In this document: piece after piece, positions 62,833 through 64,000 of the stretch
Position numbering within the stretch: position 1 is the stretch's first letter
Layout: each line of letters opens with the position of its first letter
Assembly (NCBI GenBank): GCA_013288565.1
Contig: JABDBP010000002.1
Location: 17,997 to 81,996 of the forward strand
Length of the DNA: 64,000 nucleotides
Origin: Alphaproteobacteria bacterium
Lineage (GTDB): Bacteria; Pseudomonadota; Alphaproteobacteria; Rickettsiales; JABDBP01
Reading direction: 5' to 3'
The notes under the pieces: model-generated
What the model was told of the DNA's origin: nothing
The model's database searches: none
What the model saw: only the letters and a program-made list of their open reading frames with translations
Translations under genes and position numbers: made by a program

Positions 62833-62970
62833 GGGAATTGAGTCATACCAATTCCATTTCAATCGTTCCGCTAGGAGCGCAAGGCGAGGCGGAGAGAGTG
62901 TATACTTAGATACATGACCGACGGCGAGACCGAAGCGCGACACCGCGGGCGATTAGAAAGGGGATTGGTA

Positions 62971-64000
62971 TTATATATGAATCACCCTTCCATCCACTGC
63001 CAGCGCAGCTTCTTTCACCGCCTCGTTTAACGTCGGATGCGCATGGCAGGTGCGGGCGATATCTTCCGCCGATCCGCCGAATTCCATCACCGCGACAGCT
63101 TCGGCGATCAACGTACCGGCATCCGGGCCGATGATGTGAACTCCGAGAACCCTGTCACTTTTCGTATCAGCCAAAATCTTCACGAATCCTTCGGTATCGC
63201 CGACAGCGCGCGCGCGGCTGTTGGCCATGAATGGGAATTTTCCGGCTTTGTAATTAACTCCGGCGTTTTTGAGTTCCTCCTCGGTTTTGCCTACGCTCGC
63301 CACTTCCGGCCAGGTATAAACCACGTTCGGCACGGTATTATAATCCACATGCCCTGCTTGCCCTGCCATGGTTTCCACCGCGGCGATGCCATCTTCTTCG
63401 GCCTTGTGCGCCAGCATCGGCCCATGAATCACATCGCCGATGGCATATATTCCCTTCACATTCGTGGCGAAATGCGAATCGACTTTTATCCGGCCTTTTT
63501 CATCGAGCGCCACACCTGCTTCTTTCAGGCCTAAATTGGCGGTATATGGCCTGCGGCCTATTGCGACCAATACATAATCGGCTTTTAATTCCTGTTTATC
63601 TCCACCCTTCGCTGGCTCGGTTGTAACGGTTACGCTCTTGCCGGAAACTTTCGCCGCCGTCACTTTTGTTCCCAGGATGAATTTCACCCCCTGTTTTTCC
63701 AGTGTTTTCTGGAATGATTTTGCCAGTTCGCCATCCAGCCCTGGAGTGATGCGATCTAAAAATTCGATGACGGTTACTTCGCTGCCCAGCCGCCGCCAGA
63801 CCGATCCCATTTCGAGGCCAATGATTCCGCCGCCGATGATAATTAATTTGCCAGGAATTTCGGTAAGTTCCAGCGCGCCGGTGGAGGAAACGATGCGTTT
63901 TTCGTCGATTTCAATGCCCGGCAGCGGCGTCACTTCCGATCCGGTGGCGATTAAAATATTTTTTGTGTGGATCGATTCCGCATTGCCGTCATTCAGCTTT
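62971..64000 (-). CDS. lpdA: Dihydrolipoyl dehydrogenase, C-terminal two-thirds (N-terminus beyond the window)
   Basis: ILIATGSEVTPLPGI, IIGGGIIGLEMGSVW..LG, AIGD...GPMLAHKAE.EG, E.....HAHPTL.EA. The reading frame stays open to position 64000. Confidence 0.95.
   Translation of the reverse strand, partial: KLNDGNAESIHTKNILIATGSEVTPLPGIEIDEKRIVSSTGALELTEIPGKLIIIGGGIIGLEMGSVWRRLGSEVTVIEFLDRITPGLDGELAKSFQKTLEKQGVKFILGTKVTAAKVSGKSVTVTTEPAKGGDKQELKADYVLVAIGRRPYTANLGLKEAGVALDEKGRIKVDSHFATNVKGIYAIGDVIHGPMLAHKAEEDGIAAVETMAGQAGHVDYNTVPNVVYTWPEVASVGKTEEELKNAGVNYKAGKFPFMANSRARAVGDTEGFVKILADTKSDRVLGVHIIGPDAGTLIAEAVAVMEFGGSAEDIARTCHAHPTLNEAVKEAALAVDGRVIHI

Noticed and set aside
62668-62943. A 91-aa minus-strand ORF between tRNA-Leu and lpdA.
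   Set aside because: It runs through a strong bidirectional terminator and is antisense to the better-supported 57-codon DUF465 gene, which has an SD, a family pattern and a terminator.
1-64000. CRISPR arrays, rRNA genes, prophage, IS elements, and toxin-antitoxin or restriction-modification type defence genes.
   Set aside because: No regularly spaced direct repeats and no rRNA-like sequence are present. None of the translated ORFs showed transposase, integrase, Cas, nuclease-helicase or methyltransferase signatures, apart from the CFA-synthase fragment at the left edge.

Overview
The window looks like alphaproteobacterial-type chromosome, judging by the RecA, AlaS and TolQRAB-TolB sequences and GC-rich GTCAT...ATGAC palindromic elements. 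It splits into two parts at a tRNA-Arg gene (37436-37512). The left ~37 kb is accessory-like. It carries three sensor kinases, Hsp20, mscL and many small secreted, lipoprotein or low-complexity proteins. It also carries a PLD operon, a divergent two-partner secretion pair (TpsB plus a 1922-aa TpsA) beside two Fe(II)/2OG-type oxygenases, and an orphan ankyrin-like 585-aa gene bracketed by inverted-repeat clusters. A Crp/FixK-like regulator with two perfect TTGA-N6-TCAA boxes faces an autotransporter, followed by an RTX-type metzincin. The right ~27 kb is housekeeping: argC, recA, alaS, glmU, rmuC, purEK, ubiX, ribA, tsaB, rimI, greA, tolQRAB, tRNA-Leu and lpdA. It is interrupted by an AT-rich orphan gene with kinase-like motifs and by a divergent beta-carbonic-anhydrase-like gene inside the tol operon. 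I saw no rRNA, CRISPR array, transposase, integrase or prophage genes. The most unusual sequence-level signals are: a 48-bp intergenic box present twice whose edges match a 13-codon ORF; the bracketing GCAAATTCCCTG repeats; a 20-bp perfect inverted repeat with a CCTCCTCC/GGAGGAGG loop upstream of ribA; and the oxygenase and TPS neighbourhood. All functional calls come from my own motif recognition in the translations. No database search was possible.
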